A stretch of 64,000 nucleotides of DNA from Raja brachyura (taxonomy: Eukaryota): NCBI GenBank assembly GCA_963514005.1, contig OY740784.1:17732001-17796000 (forward strand), in the 5' to 3' direction. Below are positions 12,190 to 25,354 of the stretch, one piece after another; positions within the stretch are counted from its first letter, which is position 1; each line of letters begins with the position of its first letter. The position numbers and the translations under genes are program-made. The notes under the pieces were generated by a model, which made no database searches, was not told where the DNA came from, and saw only the letters and a program-made list of their open reading frames with translations.

Positions 12190-13223
12190 TAGGTATGTTA
12201 CAAAACTTACCTTGAGCAGCGCTGCAGTTCTGCCGCTCCCCGTGTGCACGACTTTGACGCCTTTCAGAGGGGGGCGGGCTTAAAGTGCCGTTTTTCTTCA
12301 GACTGGGCAAATCGATCAATGTCGGCCGATTTCGTTGCGGAAGAAAAATCGCTTCGACATTTCATTAATGAAGGTATTTTTAAATTACGCTAGATTATTT
12401 ATTATCTAGAATAATTTAAAAATCATCTTCAAAAGCCGTGAGTGCCAATAACGGGAAGGATTTTGCGTAGGGGAGAAAAAAGGGACACAGTTTATTTTTA
12501 TATTAAAAGTTGGTTTTTATGGAGGCTTTAATAATATTTTCATGTTGCGAAATGGGGTCCAAAATAAATGTATGAACCGTCTGTATTTTTCATACCAACT
12601 TCACAGCAAACCGCAACGTTCCAATCCACCGCATTCCACTAAAACCCACTCGCTAGTTGATTTAAATTGCCATTAATTTACAGGCAGTAAACACTAAATT
12701 CCTTCCATTTGGCCCAGAAATTCATGAAAATGAGATTTAAAAATGATGTTATATTGTGGATTATTGTGTGAATGTTATTTGGACACTTAGACAATTTAAA
12801 AAAAGTTTATCTTTTCTTAAGAAATGGATAGATGTTTAGATCTACTCATTGAATTTTGTAATTAGCTACAATTACATAACTAACTAATTATATGCTTTAA
12901 TTTCAGGTCATCCAAGTAAGATTGTTTCATATTTGTTTCAGAATGCTTCAATCTATAATAACTGGAAATTACATTGAGTTCTCTTAATTTTTAAGAAAGT
13001 TATAGGCTTTTAACGGTTCTAGATCACAGCTTTTGGGTTAAGTCAATTGAAAGGCAATGGGGAACAAGATGCTAATTTCCGAGTATGAAAATGGTCATAA
13101 CTTTCTTAATACTGAAGATATGAAATTGAATTAGGTGTCAAATTAAACTTATTTTTATGCTTTATCTGATGGGATAAATTGCAGACTTGATTTTTAAAAT
13201 CTCAAAATGTTGTAAAATTGCTA
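12190..13223. mobile_element. Non-autonomous DNA transposon (~1 kb) with imperfect TIRs
   Basis: Ends TAGGTATGTTACAAAA and its inverse TAGCAATTTTACAACA; flanked by direct TTATTTG (12183-12189, 13224-13230); CpG-rich left arm. Confidence 0.6.
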
Positions 13224-15647
13224 TTATTTGCTTGTTTCTGTTGAATTCGCACATGCAACTTAATCTTTGTGCAAATTGAGACACAATTGACGGCTGATGA
13301 TGGAATCTTGAACAAGCAGCTGGAGCAGTGTCTTCTGAATAACTCGAAAGGTCGTCTGTCCATTTCCCTCCGCTGATGCTGCCTGAGATTCTCTGGCACT
13401 TTGTAAATTGTTTAATCCCTGTGCACCCTGGGTGTACATGGAATCCATGGAAGCCTGGAATCTCCACAACAGTTGACCACTGGAATATTGGTTTCGTACT
13501 TGGGAAAACCATCTAAAAGACTGCAGTTAGCTACTTGGATAATTTCTAGAGATTACACCAATTTGCATTGAGGTTATGGCTGGGGAAATGGGAAATAGCA
13601 GCAGAAATTTAGGGTTATATTAACATTTGAAAATTAATGGCAGGATTTGTTGGAAAAATTCAGTTGTCCCCTATTTCAGATGGCAGATTGTTGGAAATAC
13701 AATTGAAATTATGTGAAATCCAACATGAGATATCACCGGCTCAAACTGCATTATGTATCATATTAAATAGTTGCATAAAATAGGAGGAGGGAGTTGAAAT
13801 GGCATGCAACCGGAGCTGAAGATGGCCATTCTGGACATAAGCTTAAAAAATGTGGAATTAAATTTAGAAGAACCCTTGGAGGCCATGTCACGAGTGCCAA
13901 ATGCATTAGACGATATTGGATAAGACGCATGTGAGCCTCCTGAGTTCTTCTAGCAATTTGTTTTTTAATCCAGATTCCAGCATTTACAGTCTCTCTTTGT
14001 CTTGGTTTGCATTCCTCATTTGCCTTTGAAGAATTGTATTACATTTTGAATGGCCTGAAGGCATTTTGAAGATCTGATCAAAACCTATTGGACTTCTGAA
14101 AGTTAAAGTAACAAACTAACCGATCTCACTGGTGAAATTGAGTCATGCTTGTGCATTTCTCCATGGGAAGTTGCTCATAGGAGCTGGTTCCAGCAGTCGT
14201 AGTCTGCCCTGTGTTTCATGGGATTGGAGAAGAACAAGTTATGGCTAAAAAACAAAAAATATTTGACAGTTCATTTAAGCTTTGGAAGTTGGCACAGATT
14301 TTAATATTTCTCATGTCCAGAAACCTTCAGAGCTGTTTTAACTCCATTAACTGATTAAATTAGTTAAACATTTAAAAGTGAATTAATTAAGACTGAAATT
14401 AAATAGTAAATAAATCAAAACACTTGAAAGCAATCTAAAAATATGTACAGTCACCTTAGTCCCTTTCAGTCTTGATGTGGTATCTTCCAACTTCACTTTT
14501 CCCATAAGTCGGAGATCAGTTGGGAAAGTTCTGTGAAGAGCTGCTCCATTTTTGGGATACTGTAATGGCAATGCCAAAATTACTACTTTAACAGGAACAT
14601 GTTGGTAGTTATTCAGTGGACTGCTAATGTAATCCTTCAACGTAGGGAGAGAAATGTAAGATTTGTAGTAGTATGGCAATGAAGTATACCAAACATGTAA
14701 TTTAAATGTCTGCATTAATGTTTGAGAGATCCAACTCTCATCATGTAGTTTGAAAAAGCGAATGCAGTTCCTGTATTTGGAATCAAAATCTAGTGTCAAT
14801 TATAGCCGCTGTATAAACCATTAATCTGGACTGCAACTATCCTCTGAGTACGGAAATGGGTTTTCTTGGAGATAAGACTGCAGACTCTGGAATCCGGTGC
14901 AAAAAAATAAACTGGAGGCACTGAGAGGGTCAAGCAGCATCTGTGGAGCGAAATGGACAGACAACATTACAGGTTGAAATCCTTAGTTTGGACGGATCCA
15001 GAAGAAAGGACTCGACCCGACACGCGACTGTCGATTTATCATCACAGATCTGCTGAGTTCCTCTTTCAGTTTGTTGTTTACAATGGGTTTTCCTTACCTG
15101 GTTGGGTATGTTACTTTTAGATCCAAAGCATTTTTCCTTGAACTCTTTACAGCCATCTGACGCGGCCTAGCAACATTAACATTTGTTCTAATAAATCGAT
15201 TTTTAAACCTTTTTCTCGAAATGCTCTTAAAATGGAGTGTTTGAGTTGGATGGTTTGATGCTTTAACAATTATCATTCTTAATGTCATTGTTCACAGCAA
15301 GACTTCACTGAAAGCAAAGAATGTCTTCAGTGCTGAGAAATGTTGAAGCTGCAAGAAGGGAATACCTGTAATTTTCTGTGTTGCATTACAGTAGTTCAGA
15401 ATAACCAGTATGGTATCTAAATCAGTCATATACTTCTTTAGACGATAGTGATTTAAGAAAAATAATTTGTGCATATATACCCTTGGATAATTTGGCCATG
15501 CAATATAGGCATTTGCTTTCAATCATTTCATGAAGAATATTGATTGTAATTTCCTAACTCTGAAGTTAATTATGAATTTCAGTTGTACCCCAAAATCACA
15601 CAAATGTTGAAAGATCTCAAGCTTCATTGTCTTTTCCCCACATGTAG

Positions 15648-15866
15648 GTACTACCTGTGTCTGCAACTGAGGGATGACATTATCTCTGGACGATTGCCGT
15701 GTTCTTTTGCTACACACGTCTTGCTTGGTTCCTACACAGTCCAGGCGGAACTTGGAGACTATGACCCAGATGAGTACGGCACTGAGTACATCAGCGAGTT
15801 TCGCTTTGCTCCGAATGAAACAAAGGAACTGGAAGAAAAAGTGATAGAACTACACAAAAGCCACAA
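15648..15866 (+). CDS. EPB41L3: 4.1B FERM exon ([20 protein letters not shown]...[13 protein letters not shown])
   Basis: tgtag| ... |gtacgt, 219 nt, phase 2-2; lies within ORF 15583-15894. Confidence 0.97.
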
Positions 15867-16607
15867 GTACGTCAAACAATGTGTAGGCATTTAATCTGAT
15901 ACTTGAAAATTGCCAGGTGGCTTTCAGCAAGTTACTTACAAATGGATCCACAAATTCAGTCCTCAAATCTTGTATGTATTTAGTAAACTTCAATAGGCAA
16001 GGCAAGTCACGTGCTACTAATAAATCCTAATTCCCTAGAAAGCTCAATAAATTGGTGTTTTGGCATTTTAACTCTTGTCATCATCGGTGCTCTCCTCAGC
16101 ATAAGGTGCGTAAGCTGTGTTTACTGTATGAAACCTGTGAATAAAACATTATGGTAATACCCATAATTTCAAATTACAATACTTGTAAATTTCAGATTTT
16201 ATCAAATGCCTCCCTGGATATGCTCCTTTCCTCGGGCACTGTCTCGTGTCTTTTCATAACTGCATTCATCACCTCCTATGTTAAAAACCCAAACTGTTGA
16301 CCCATACATCCTCTGCAGTCAATAACATATCTTTATTTGATGCCCCTGACATCAGTCTGAAGAAGGGTCTCGATCTGAAACGTTACCCATTCCTTCTCTC
16401 CAGAGATGCTGCCTGTCCCGCTGAGGTACTGCATCGTTTTGTGTCTACCTTCGACATATCTTTAACCCTGGTTTCCTCACAAATGTGTTCTCCCATCTCT
16501 ATATCCCCTGATATTCTTTAATATAATTCTTTAAATCCCATTGGTCACAGCACTGATTGTTCTGTTGGACCTCAAATTTGTTATTTTGTTTAGCACAACC
16601 ATTTTTC

Positions 16608-16896
16608 TAAGAATAAGGGGGAATTCCTTTAGGACCGAGATGGGGAAAACATTATTTCCACAGAGAGTGGTGAGTCTCTGGAATTCTCTGCCACAGAAGG
16701 TAATTGAGGCCAGTTAATTGGCTATATTTAAGAGGGCGTTAGATGTGGCACTTGTGGCTAAAGGGATCAGGGGGTATGGAGAGAAGGCAGGTACGGGATA
16801 CTGAGTTGGATGATCAGCCATGATCACATTGAATGGCGGTGCAGGCTTGAAGGGCCGAATGGCCTACTCCTGCACCTATTTTTCTATGTTTCTATA
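16608..16896 (+). mobile_element. CR1/HER1-type LINE 3' end
   Basis: agaataagggggaattcc...gggccgaatggcctactcctgcacct plus a (CTATGTTT)-type tail. Confidence 0.92.
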
Positions 16897-18740
16897 GTCA
16901 GTGATACCATGACCCTAACCTTTCTATCTCCACCAATAGCTCAATAAATTCCTACTCGAACAATAAATCAATCAATAAATTACCACTCGTATGTCCCCAT
17001 GCCATTGTTGTGTTCATCTATGCAACCTCTTGAAGATTTATCCTGAACCCCTGTGTCACTTGTTTCTCTGACTCAAAGTACCTACACCTTGCCTTCTGGA
17101 AAGTTTTATAGGAAACAGTAATGTAGTTGTTATGCTATAAACTAATAATCTTGAGGCTTCGACCTGGAGAAAATGAGTTCAAATGCATTCATGGTTAATT
17201 GAAATTTAGAATTAAGTTTGTAAATTAGCCATTGCTAGAGAAAGTGACGATGAGCCTGTTGTATTCGTATAAAGACATAATACCTTGCTTGTGCACGATT
17301 AAAGTCTCAACTGACACATTAAGTTTACAGAATTTACACTCAACTGACAAAATTAAGAGGGTGTGGCCTCTTAATGTTGTTGAATGGGGATGTGCATCCC
17401 TGATAAGGCTTGTATCCAAAAACTAAAATGTTTTTTTTTTAATGTCCTCCACCTAAGTACACTCTTTTTTAACCTTTTTTGTCCAAGCATTCATTGATCC
17501 CATCAAAATGCAACTTTGCAGCTTATTATATCCCATTAAACCATTTCATACTTTCAGCAACTTTGTGAAGATTCAAAGTCTTTTCCCACATCCTTCCTCT
17601 GTCCTCTACAATTGAACGTCTGCGAGATGCTTATTCTGCTTCACAGCTAATATCTGTTCTCTACAATTTCCTGTTCACTTATCATAGATTTGAAAATCTT
17701 CCTTTCCCCTGTTGTTCTCAGTCATTATCTCTCCAGTTCCCTTTGTCTTTGCACAAAGTATCCAGTGTATCTTTTTTTCTCATTTTGTACACTGAGACAA
17801 CTTCTGAATGGGAGGGTCAGGTGGGTACAGTTTAGGGACAAGAATCGTGAAAATAACTTAACTTGTGAAAGCAGTATTGTGAGGTGTTAACACTGTGCTG
17901 TGGCTGTAGGGATGCAGGCTTTACAATCTAAGGAGCAGACCTACTTGGTGAATATTAAAACACAAATAACAACAGCAACACACAGTATATGCAGAGTATT
18001 CCTTGTGGATAACTTGTCACTGGGCTTCACAGTTGCTAAATACTGTGATATAGAACAGTTTATCAATGGTATTCTGTAATTAATGTTGGGCTCAAAGTAA
18101 TATGCTGTCTGTGCATTTGTGAATACATTTGAGTTACATTGAACAATCAGTAACGATAAGTGATTTTTTTTTTTTCCTTAACTTTCTATTAAGAGATCTG
18201 AAATCTTTCTTTAAATGAATGCATGTTGTGCAGTGCTTGAGGCCATAAATAGCATTGCCCTAGGACAGCTTATTGACTACCTGGTAAAATTCAGAAGAGA
18301 CTGATTCTTTGACTATTTGTGGCCTGCGTTTCATTTCTCTGAGGATATTACAGTTTTCCCTTTTGCAGTGATGAACCAGAGTCTTCAGTTCATCACACTT
18401 GGGAGATGCATCTGCTGTCAGCTAATCCAGGTATTGTTGTGTTAGGAAACATGTGGCTCACTTGCCTAGTCTTGAAAATGTAGGTTGGTCTCTCAGTCGG
18501 GAATTATTTGTAGGCAAAGCTTTTATATTTCTTTTCTAAGCATAAATATAGCCAATTTGTGTGATTTATATTCTTCTCCAGATGTATAAACTGATTATTT
18601 CAGAGGAAGATATGAGCTTGTGAGAAAGTGTACACAATTGTATCAGTTTTTTCCTGTTTTTAAATAAATGTATGAAATTCAAAATGTTGCAGTTGATAGG
18701 TGAGCATAATAAAATTCCAATTTTTGCTTGTACATTTTAG

Positions 18741-18828
18741 GGGCATGTCACCTGCTGAAGCAGAGATGCATTTTTTGGAAAATGTCAAAAAGCTATCTAT
18801 GTATGGAGTGGATCTACATCATGCCAAG
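18741..18828 (+). CDS. EPB41L3: 4.1B FERM exon ([29 protein letters not shown])
   Basis: ttttag| ... |gtacat, 88 nt, phase 2-0; FERM signature LSMYGVDLH. Confidence 0.97.
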
Positions 18829-20387
18829 GTACATCAACAATTAAACTAAGTGGGATAGTATTTTAGAGTGTTTCCATCTCTGCTTGAAGTGACTCAACTG
18901 ATTAACTGTTGGAACGTTTTCTTTGAATAAAAATGTGAAAGAACTGACATACAGTATAAAAGGCATCAGCAATGGTTTGCTATTTAATTAGAAATGTACA
19001 AATCTGATTAGCCCAAACTCCCCATCATTGCCATCCCTCAGTAAATGTCAAAAGCACAACCTGGTTTAAATATAGGTGGTTTGTGGGTATATTTTGTATC
19101 TATATTTCATGTTGAAGTTCACAATGTTCACAATGCATATATTTTACAGCTGATTAGTCGCTACCCAAGTTTGCAGCATAATCGCAAATCAATCTTGCAG
19201 ACAGGGCTGCCTCAAAAATTAGCGTCAGCTGTGGCTTGTGTGAGAAGGTTGTCAGTTCTAGTGCCACTCCAGTAAGGTGTTCAGAAATCCAGTTTAACAA
19301 TTATCTGTAGGTCGATGGGATGGCTTTATTGTTTGAGCATCTGCCTCTTGGATGCAGTGTTAAAATGAGATTTGATCCATTGTGTTGGATAGATGGCAAA
19401 GATCAGATGCTGTCATTTCAAAAAAGAGCAGGGATGCCACCAATGAAGAATCCTAACCCAAAACGCCACCTATCTATGTTCTCCAGACCAGAGATGCTGT
19501 CTGACCTTCCGAGTTATTACAGCACATTGGATTTTTTTGGTAACCAGCATCTGCAGTTCCTTGTGCCTCACTGTTGATGAATCCAAGTTGTTTGTCATGT
19601 TTTCTATCGCACAAATGTGACTGCACTTTATTATCAGTGCAGCAAGGGTTTTTGTTTATATTCAATCAGAATAAGTATCATATAATGTGGAATTGGTGAC
19701 ACTGGTTACAGAAAGTATAGCACTTGTTTTTGTCAGCTGAGAGTTGCCATTTTATATTTTAAATTGCTTGCTCTTTGTCTTGGCTGAAACCCATATTTCA
19801 GAAACATGAATATATATCAAGATGCCATTGCAATTCAACAAAGCTTAAATGGAGTTGCTTCCTCGTATAGTGCCTGAGCAAGATGCTTGCTGCTCATCCA
19901 GACAAGACCAAGTCAGCTGTTAGGGAGTGAGTTATTTGGATATTGCCCATGAATGATTCCAACTTGAATCATTCACCCTTGAAAGACATTTTACAGACTG
20001 ACAGGTTAATCATCAATAGGTGACCAAATGCCATCATATATCATGACCATTTATATCATGGGTCTTGTTCCAGTTGCATTTATAATGCACATTGAATATT
20101 ATGAAGCATCCCTTGGATCCTCACAGATGTGTTATCAGGCAGATGAAAAATGTATCTGATGCAAAATATAACAGAAACTGAAGGAAAAAAATGAAGATGT
20201 TGCATCTAAAGAAACAGAGTTCATTGAGGTGACATGTTCGCAGATGCTGCCTGACTTGTTGAGAATTTCCAGAGTCCTTTGTTTGTATTGTTAGTTAAAA
20301 ACTGACATCAGGCAGCCCGCAGTAGGGGAAAGTATCTAAAAGTTTTGTCAAAAGGTAGGTTTTAATAAGTCATTTAAGGAAGAGAAA

Positions 20388-20547
20388 ACATTTAAGTAGG
20401 AACTCCAGATGCTGGAAAAATCAAAAGTAAACAAAAAATGCTGGAGAAACTCAGTCTGAAGAAGGGTCTCGACCCGAAACATCGCCTACTCCTTTTCTCC
20501 ATAGATGCTGCCTCACCCGCTGAGTTTCTCCAGCATTTTTTGTCTAC
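20388..20547. mobile_element. Penelope pLTR-derived short element
   Basis: Inverted arms, hammerhead-like core at 20456-20483, 13-bp TSD TAAGGAAGAGAAA (20375-20387, 20548-20560). Confidence 0.85.
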
Positions 20548-20579
20548 TAAGGAAGAGAAAGCTGTAAGATAGGGAGCAG

Positions 20580-21268
20580 CCAGCATTTAGAGGCTAACTT
20601 AACTCACACATTTGTAAGTTGTATAAAAATTAAAAACTTTTGGACGGAAATTTTAAAGATAATTTCGGAAGTTGTCAACACCCAATTGGATCCCGACTCA
20701 AAACTAATAATATTAGGAATATCAGAACAAAGTCTAACACTTACTAGAAGCCAAAGAAACGTTATCGACTATAGTATAATAATTGGGAAAAAAATTAATA
20801 TTAACATTTTGGAAAGGTTCCATATCCCCCACAATTTAAATGTGGATTATGGAAATGTCGGAGACCCTACATTTGGAAAGAATTAGACTTGTCTTAATGG
20901 ACAAACAAGGACTTTTTATCAGAATATGGTCTCCATTTAATAACTATTTGAAGGGGCAAACTGGTTCGGCACGAGAACCTGACTGAAGCTCGAATCAAGG
21001 ATTAGATGAAAAGTTATACTTTGCAATTTACGAACCTATCTCCAATGTTGTATTATTAGTAAATTATTCCATTCTTCTTTATCATGCTTTTTGTTTCTCT
21101 TTCTTTATTATTTTCTATCTATATTAAAATATATATATATATATAGAAGCAGAGTCATTAAATAATTGATAATATTGATAATATTAGCAATGAATGACTG
21201 TTATACATGATATGTTCTTATTATTTACTTGCTTCCAATAAAAAAATACTTTAAAAAAAATTTAAAAA
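20580..21268 (+). mobile_element. 5'-truncated L1-clade LINE with poly(A) tail
   Basis: Degenerate ORF2 C-terminus (LILTFWK..P...W...MSETLHLE...F..IWSPF), AATAAA plus A-rich tail, 14-bp TSD AAGATAGGGAGCAG (20566-20579, 21269-21282). Confidence 0.8.
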
Positions 21269-21488
21269 AAGATAGGGAGCAGTAACCGAGAGATGGAGGG
21301 ACTTGAAAAGTAGGCAAGGCTTTTAAATTTGTCTGTTCTAAACTGGGGTTACTTTAAGTCAGCAAGCACGGGGAAATGGAGGCAAAGGGGATCAGTGGTG
21401 CATTGGTTTGGATGAACAGTATATGGATGGGGAAGATGGAAAGCGGGCAAGCTGCATATTACGGTCATCGAAACTGGACATAATGAGC

Positions 21489-21633
21489 TTCTTCTTCTTG
21501 CGTATGGCGTGCACAGCCTAAAGTTGTAGGACAACTTGTTCTATTTTATCTTATTTGTTTGTGCACGCCAGGTTGAAAGCATTCGTCGAAACAGGAAGGT
21601 TGCAACCACATGAAGGTTGCAATCTCCCACCCC
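21489..21633 (-). mobile_element. Short Ingi/Vingi-like non-autonomous retroposon with HDV-like ribozyme head
   Basis: 11-bp TSD ACATAATGAGC (21478-21488, 21634-21644); 3' end ...CCATACGCAAGAAGAAGAA; 5' end fits HDV-like ribozyme element order. Confidence 0.7.
21575..21633 (-). ncRNA. Degenerate HDV-like ribozyme
   Basis: Minus strand: GGGGTGG (P1) GA GATTGCA (P2) ACC (P3) TTCATGT (L3) GGT (P3') ... CCT G T-TTCG-A (P4) CGAA (J4/2) TGCTTTC (P2'). P1' is disrupted in this copy. Confidence 0.6.
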
Positions 21634-21734
21634 ACATAATGAGCAATGGTGAGGGTTCAGCAGCAATATTTTGACCACCACACTGCTTTACTGGGGTCAG
21701 ATTAGTTCAGCAATGATATACTTGAGATACATTT

Positions 21735-22080
21735 GTTTAATTTAATTTAGCTTTGTTTACCGTGACGTGTACCGAGGTTATAGTGAAACGCTTTTGTTGC
21801 GTGCTGACCAGTCACCAGAAAGACAATAAATGATTAGTGCAAGATATAGCCAGTAAAGTCCAATCAAAGATAGTCTGAGGGTCTTCAGTGAGGTAGATAG
21901 TAGTTCAGGACTGCTCTCTAGTCATGGTAGGATGGTTTAGTTGCCTTTTAACAGCTGGGAAGAAACAGTCCCTGGATCTGGAGTTGTGCGTTTTCATACC
22001 TCTATACCTCTTTACCTCTTGCCCGATAGGAGAGGGGAGAAGAGGGAGTGGACAAGGTGTGCTCCAGAGAGATAGGAGAG
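21735..22080 (-). mobile_element. Rex1/Babar-like LINE 3' fragment
   Basis: Minus-strand peptide KRYRGMKTHNSRSRDCFFPAVKRQLN and 3' end ...cttttcacta..cctcggtacacgt..ggtaaacaaa. Confidence 0.7.
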
Positions 22081-22310
22081 GGCGACTCTGTGCTGCATAT
22101 AATTGTTGGTCCACAGCCTAGTGTGGATTAGGAAATTGTAACAGGGGTAAGTAGGGTATCTAGCATTTATTTATGGATTTTAGGAACAATTGAGGTAGCT
22201 GACAAATTGGAAGTGTGTTTATAGTCTTGAACCTAGATTACTCCCAGAGACTTCTGTTCCTCTACAAGGAAGCCAATTGTTCATCACACACACGATGAGC
22301 ATGTCATTTA

Positions 22311-22538
22311 AAGGCCTGTCCCAATTGGCAATTTGTTTTCGGCGACATCAGTGTCGCCAAAAGATTTTGAACATTTCAAAATCCAGCGGTGAAAACAAAA
22401 TCCTGCGACACTTGAAAAAACACCGCGCGCCGTACGTCATCACGCCACATCACGCTGCAAATTTTTCGGTGACCTGATAATTGGTGTCAGTCAATTATGC
22501 CGGCAGTCGCCAAAAAAATTGCCAGTGGGACAGGCCCT
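22311..22538. mobile_element. Harbinger/PIF-like MITE copy 2
   Basis: TIRs AAGGCCTGTCCCAATTGGCAATTT / AAATTGCCAGTGGGACAGGCCCT, TTA TSD. Confidence 0.8.
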
Positions 22539-23904
22539 TTAGCCTTTAACCACGGCAGCTGCCAGGAAAAAAACAATGTGGAATGTCTAGGATGTGGAGC
22601 CAACTTCTTCCAACAACAGGAACATGCTTTGACTTTTGAAGCGTTTCCATGGGGCGGGTTCCTGAACTTCAGTTACAGCTGATTGACTGTGCAATGTAAT
22701 TGTAGCTGGCACAGACCCCTGGATGTATGTGTTGTATATTTGTACCTAGCTTCCTCCAAGAAAGACATCTCAAATCACACATCTATTGAAAGCACACATT
22801 GACTCACATTTGAACGCAGACTTTTAAAGAGACTCTAGTTGTTGTGCAAGTGAGGGAATTGAACCTCAAATGGTTTAGCTCCAGTACTACTGAAATGGAA
22901 ACCCATTCATTCCCAAGAATGGTGAACAATGAAGTAGGTGGACAAACAAAGGAAAGCATGAAATGGAGTGGAGGTGCTGTAAAAACCAGGAAAATGGGTT
23001 TGAAAGTGGGAGAGGCTGGGGACAGAGGAAATGTCAACAGATTAGTGGATTTGTGGCAAAGGAGGCAAACCAAAATGGGGGAAGAATTGGAAAGAAACAG
23101 AAAAAGAAGTATAGCACAGGGAACAGGAACATACCTGTATACATTCAGGTGCTGATAAATGTAGAATAGAGCCTGGAGCAAAAAAGCTATTTCCTAACAA
23201 TATGATGTTTCAAGTCAGGACCCATCTTCAGACCTTCAGATCCCTTTCCTCCATTAGTCTGAAGAAAGGTCCCCAACTGAAATTTTAACCATCTATTCCT
23301 TTCACAGATACTGACTGACCTGCAGAAGTTATTTTTTTGCATATGATTTCAGCATCAGCAGTCTCTTGCGAATCAAATTTACTGCTCCACAATGAAAACT
23401 CGATCAAAGTCAGCCAATTCAGATATTCTCCTCCCCCCCCCCCCTCTCCTCACTAGTCTGAAGAAAAGAACTGACCCGAAACATAATCTTCCCATTTATC
23501 TCCATAGATGCTACCTAAGTTACTCCAGCAGTTTGTTTTTTTCTAATGAAAAAGACTAGTTTGCTTTTCATTTTAGATCCAGGCATTCCCATTTGTGGTA
23601 GTATTTGATGGCATTTTTTTGTTCCTCTGGCCATCTGGCATGAAATTGGTGGATATTGGATAACGTGGCCGATGTGGGTGTAGGCTTCAGGTTTTCTGCC
23701 ACAGTTGCATTATTCAGTCAGAGTAAGCATAGCAATTCAGCAGTATTTATGATACTAGAAAAATTGAATTGTAGGGCTTCTGATGGGCTTGAGTGCACGA
23801 CTACAGAACCCTACAGCATCCAAAACAATGCCCATTGAATCTGTCAAGAAGAACCAGGCAATTAGCTGCTACCTGGACATCATGAGTGACTGTTGCAATT
23901 GATG

Positions 23905-24182
23905 TAGGGGGTAAGCTATTTAGAGCGGAGATGAGGAAATACTTTTTCACACAGAGAGTTGTGAGTCTGTGGAATTATCTGACTCAGGGGGTGGTGGAGG
24001 CCGGTTCTCTGGATGCTTTCAAGAGAGAAAATTAGATAGAGCTCTTAAAGATAGCAGGGTCAAGGGATATGGGGAGAAGGCAGGAATGGGGTACTGATTG
24101 TGGATGATCAGCCATGATCACAGTGAATGGCGGTGCTGGCCCAAAGGGCCAAATGGCCTACTCCTGCACCTATTGTCTATTG
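23905..24182 (+). mobile_element. CR1/HER1-type LINE 3' end
   Basis: ttttcacacagagagttgtgagtctgtggaa...ggcctactcctgcacctattgtctattg tail. Confidence 0.9.
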
Positions 24183-24427
24183 ATGTAGAAATTGGTGGAC
24201 TGGTTTCTGGGTACAACCAATTGCTAGGCCTTGAGTTAGAAACTAGTTTTGACTGAAACCTGACAGAACTGTTGCACTTCATTTTAATGTCCTGTAACCT
24301 TTTCAACACTGAGATTCCTGAAGGACCTGCATACAATTTCAGACCATTACTGTTTTGTGAATGTGGACAAAATGTACTCAACAGTACTGTAATATTTGCA
24401 TGAAATTTTATGTTCAGTGATAACTAA

Positions 24428-24721
<294 letters not shown>

Positions 24722-24774
24722 TAAATGAAATGCTGTCTTGATTCACTGTAAAAGGGCATTATATTTCCTTTATG

Positions 24775-25065
24775 ACAGAAGGAGGCGATTTGACTTCACT
24801 GACGTGCACAGCACAGAGCAATCCCATTCCTCACTAGTTTCCCCTTGAGCTGATCTCTCTATATTCCAAATAGTTTCCACTTGCCTATACACTAAGGGCA
24901 GTTTACAGTAGCCAATTACATTACTAACCTACATGTATTTGGGGTGTGGCAGGAGACTGGAGAACTAGGGAGAAAATAATGTGATTACAGGGAGAGAATG
25001 CAAACTCCACAGACAACATTGGAGGTCTGATTTGAACCAGGCCATGAGCTATGAAGCAGCAGCTG
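24775..25065 (-). mobile_element. Degenerate HE1-like SINE
   Basis: Similar to the 39958-40275 copy (acactaagggcagtttaca...gggagagaatgcaaactccacagac). Confidence 0.6.
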
Positions 25066-25277
25066 TGTCCCAGTCTCTGAAATGTACAGTATAGAAGATG
25101 CCCATTGAGTTCTGCAGGCCACTAAACAAATTTCCCACCATAATGTTATAATAAGGAATCTTTACTCGTATGGATATGCATTAGTTACAATAGCATCGTC
25201 TCTGTTCGTGTGACTTGTTTGGAATTGTAGTTTTAATTGAAATGTTACTTAATGCAGTGTTTTCCCACGTGTGAAAA

Positions 25278-25354
25278 TTGAACATTAACATAACATTAAC
25301 ATAAACAATAACATTAACATTGAACAATAACATTAACATAAATTGAACATTAAT
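25278..25354. repeat. AACATT/AACATA minisatellite
   Basis: Tandem variants of (t)gaacattaacataa. Confidence 0.8.
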
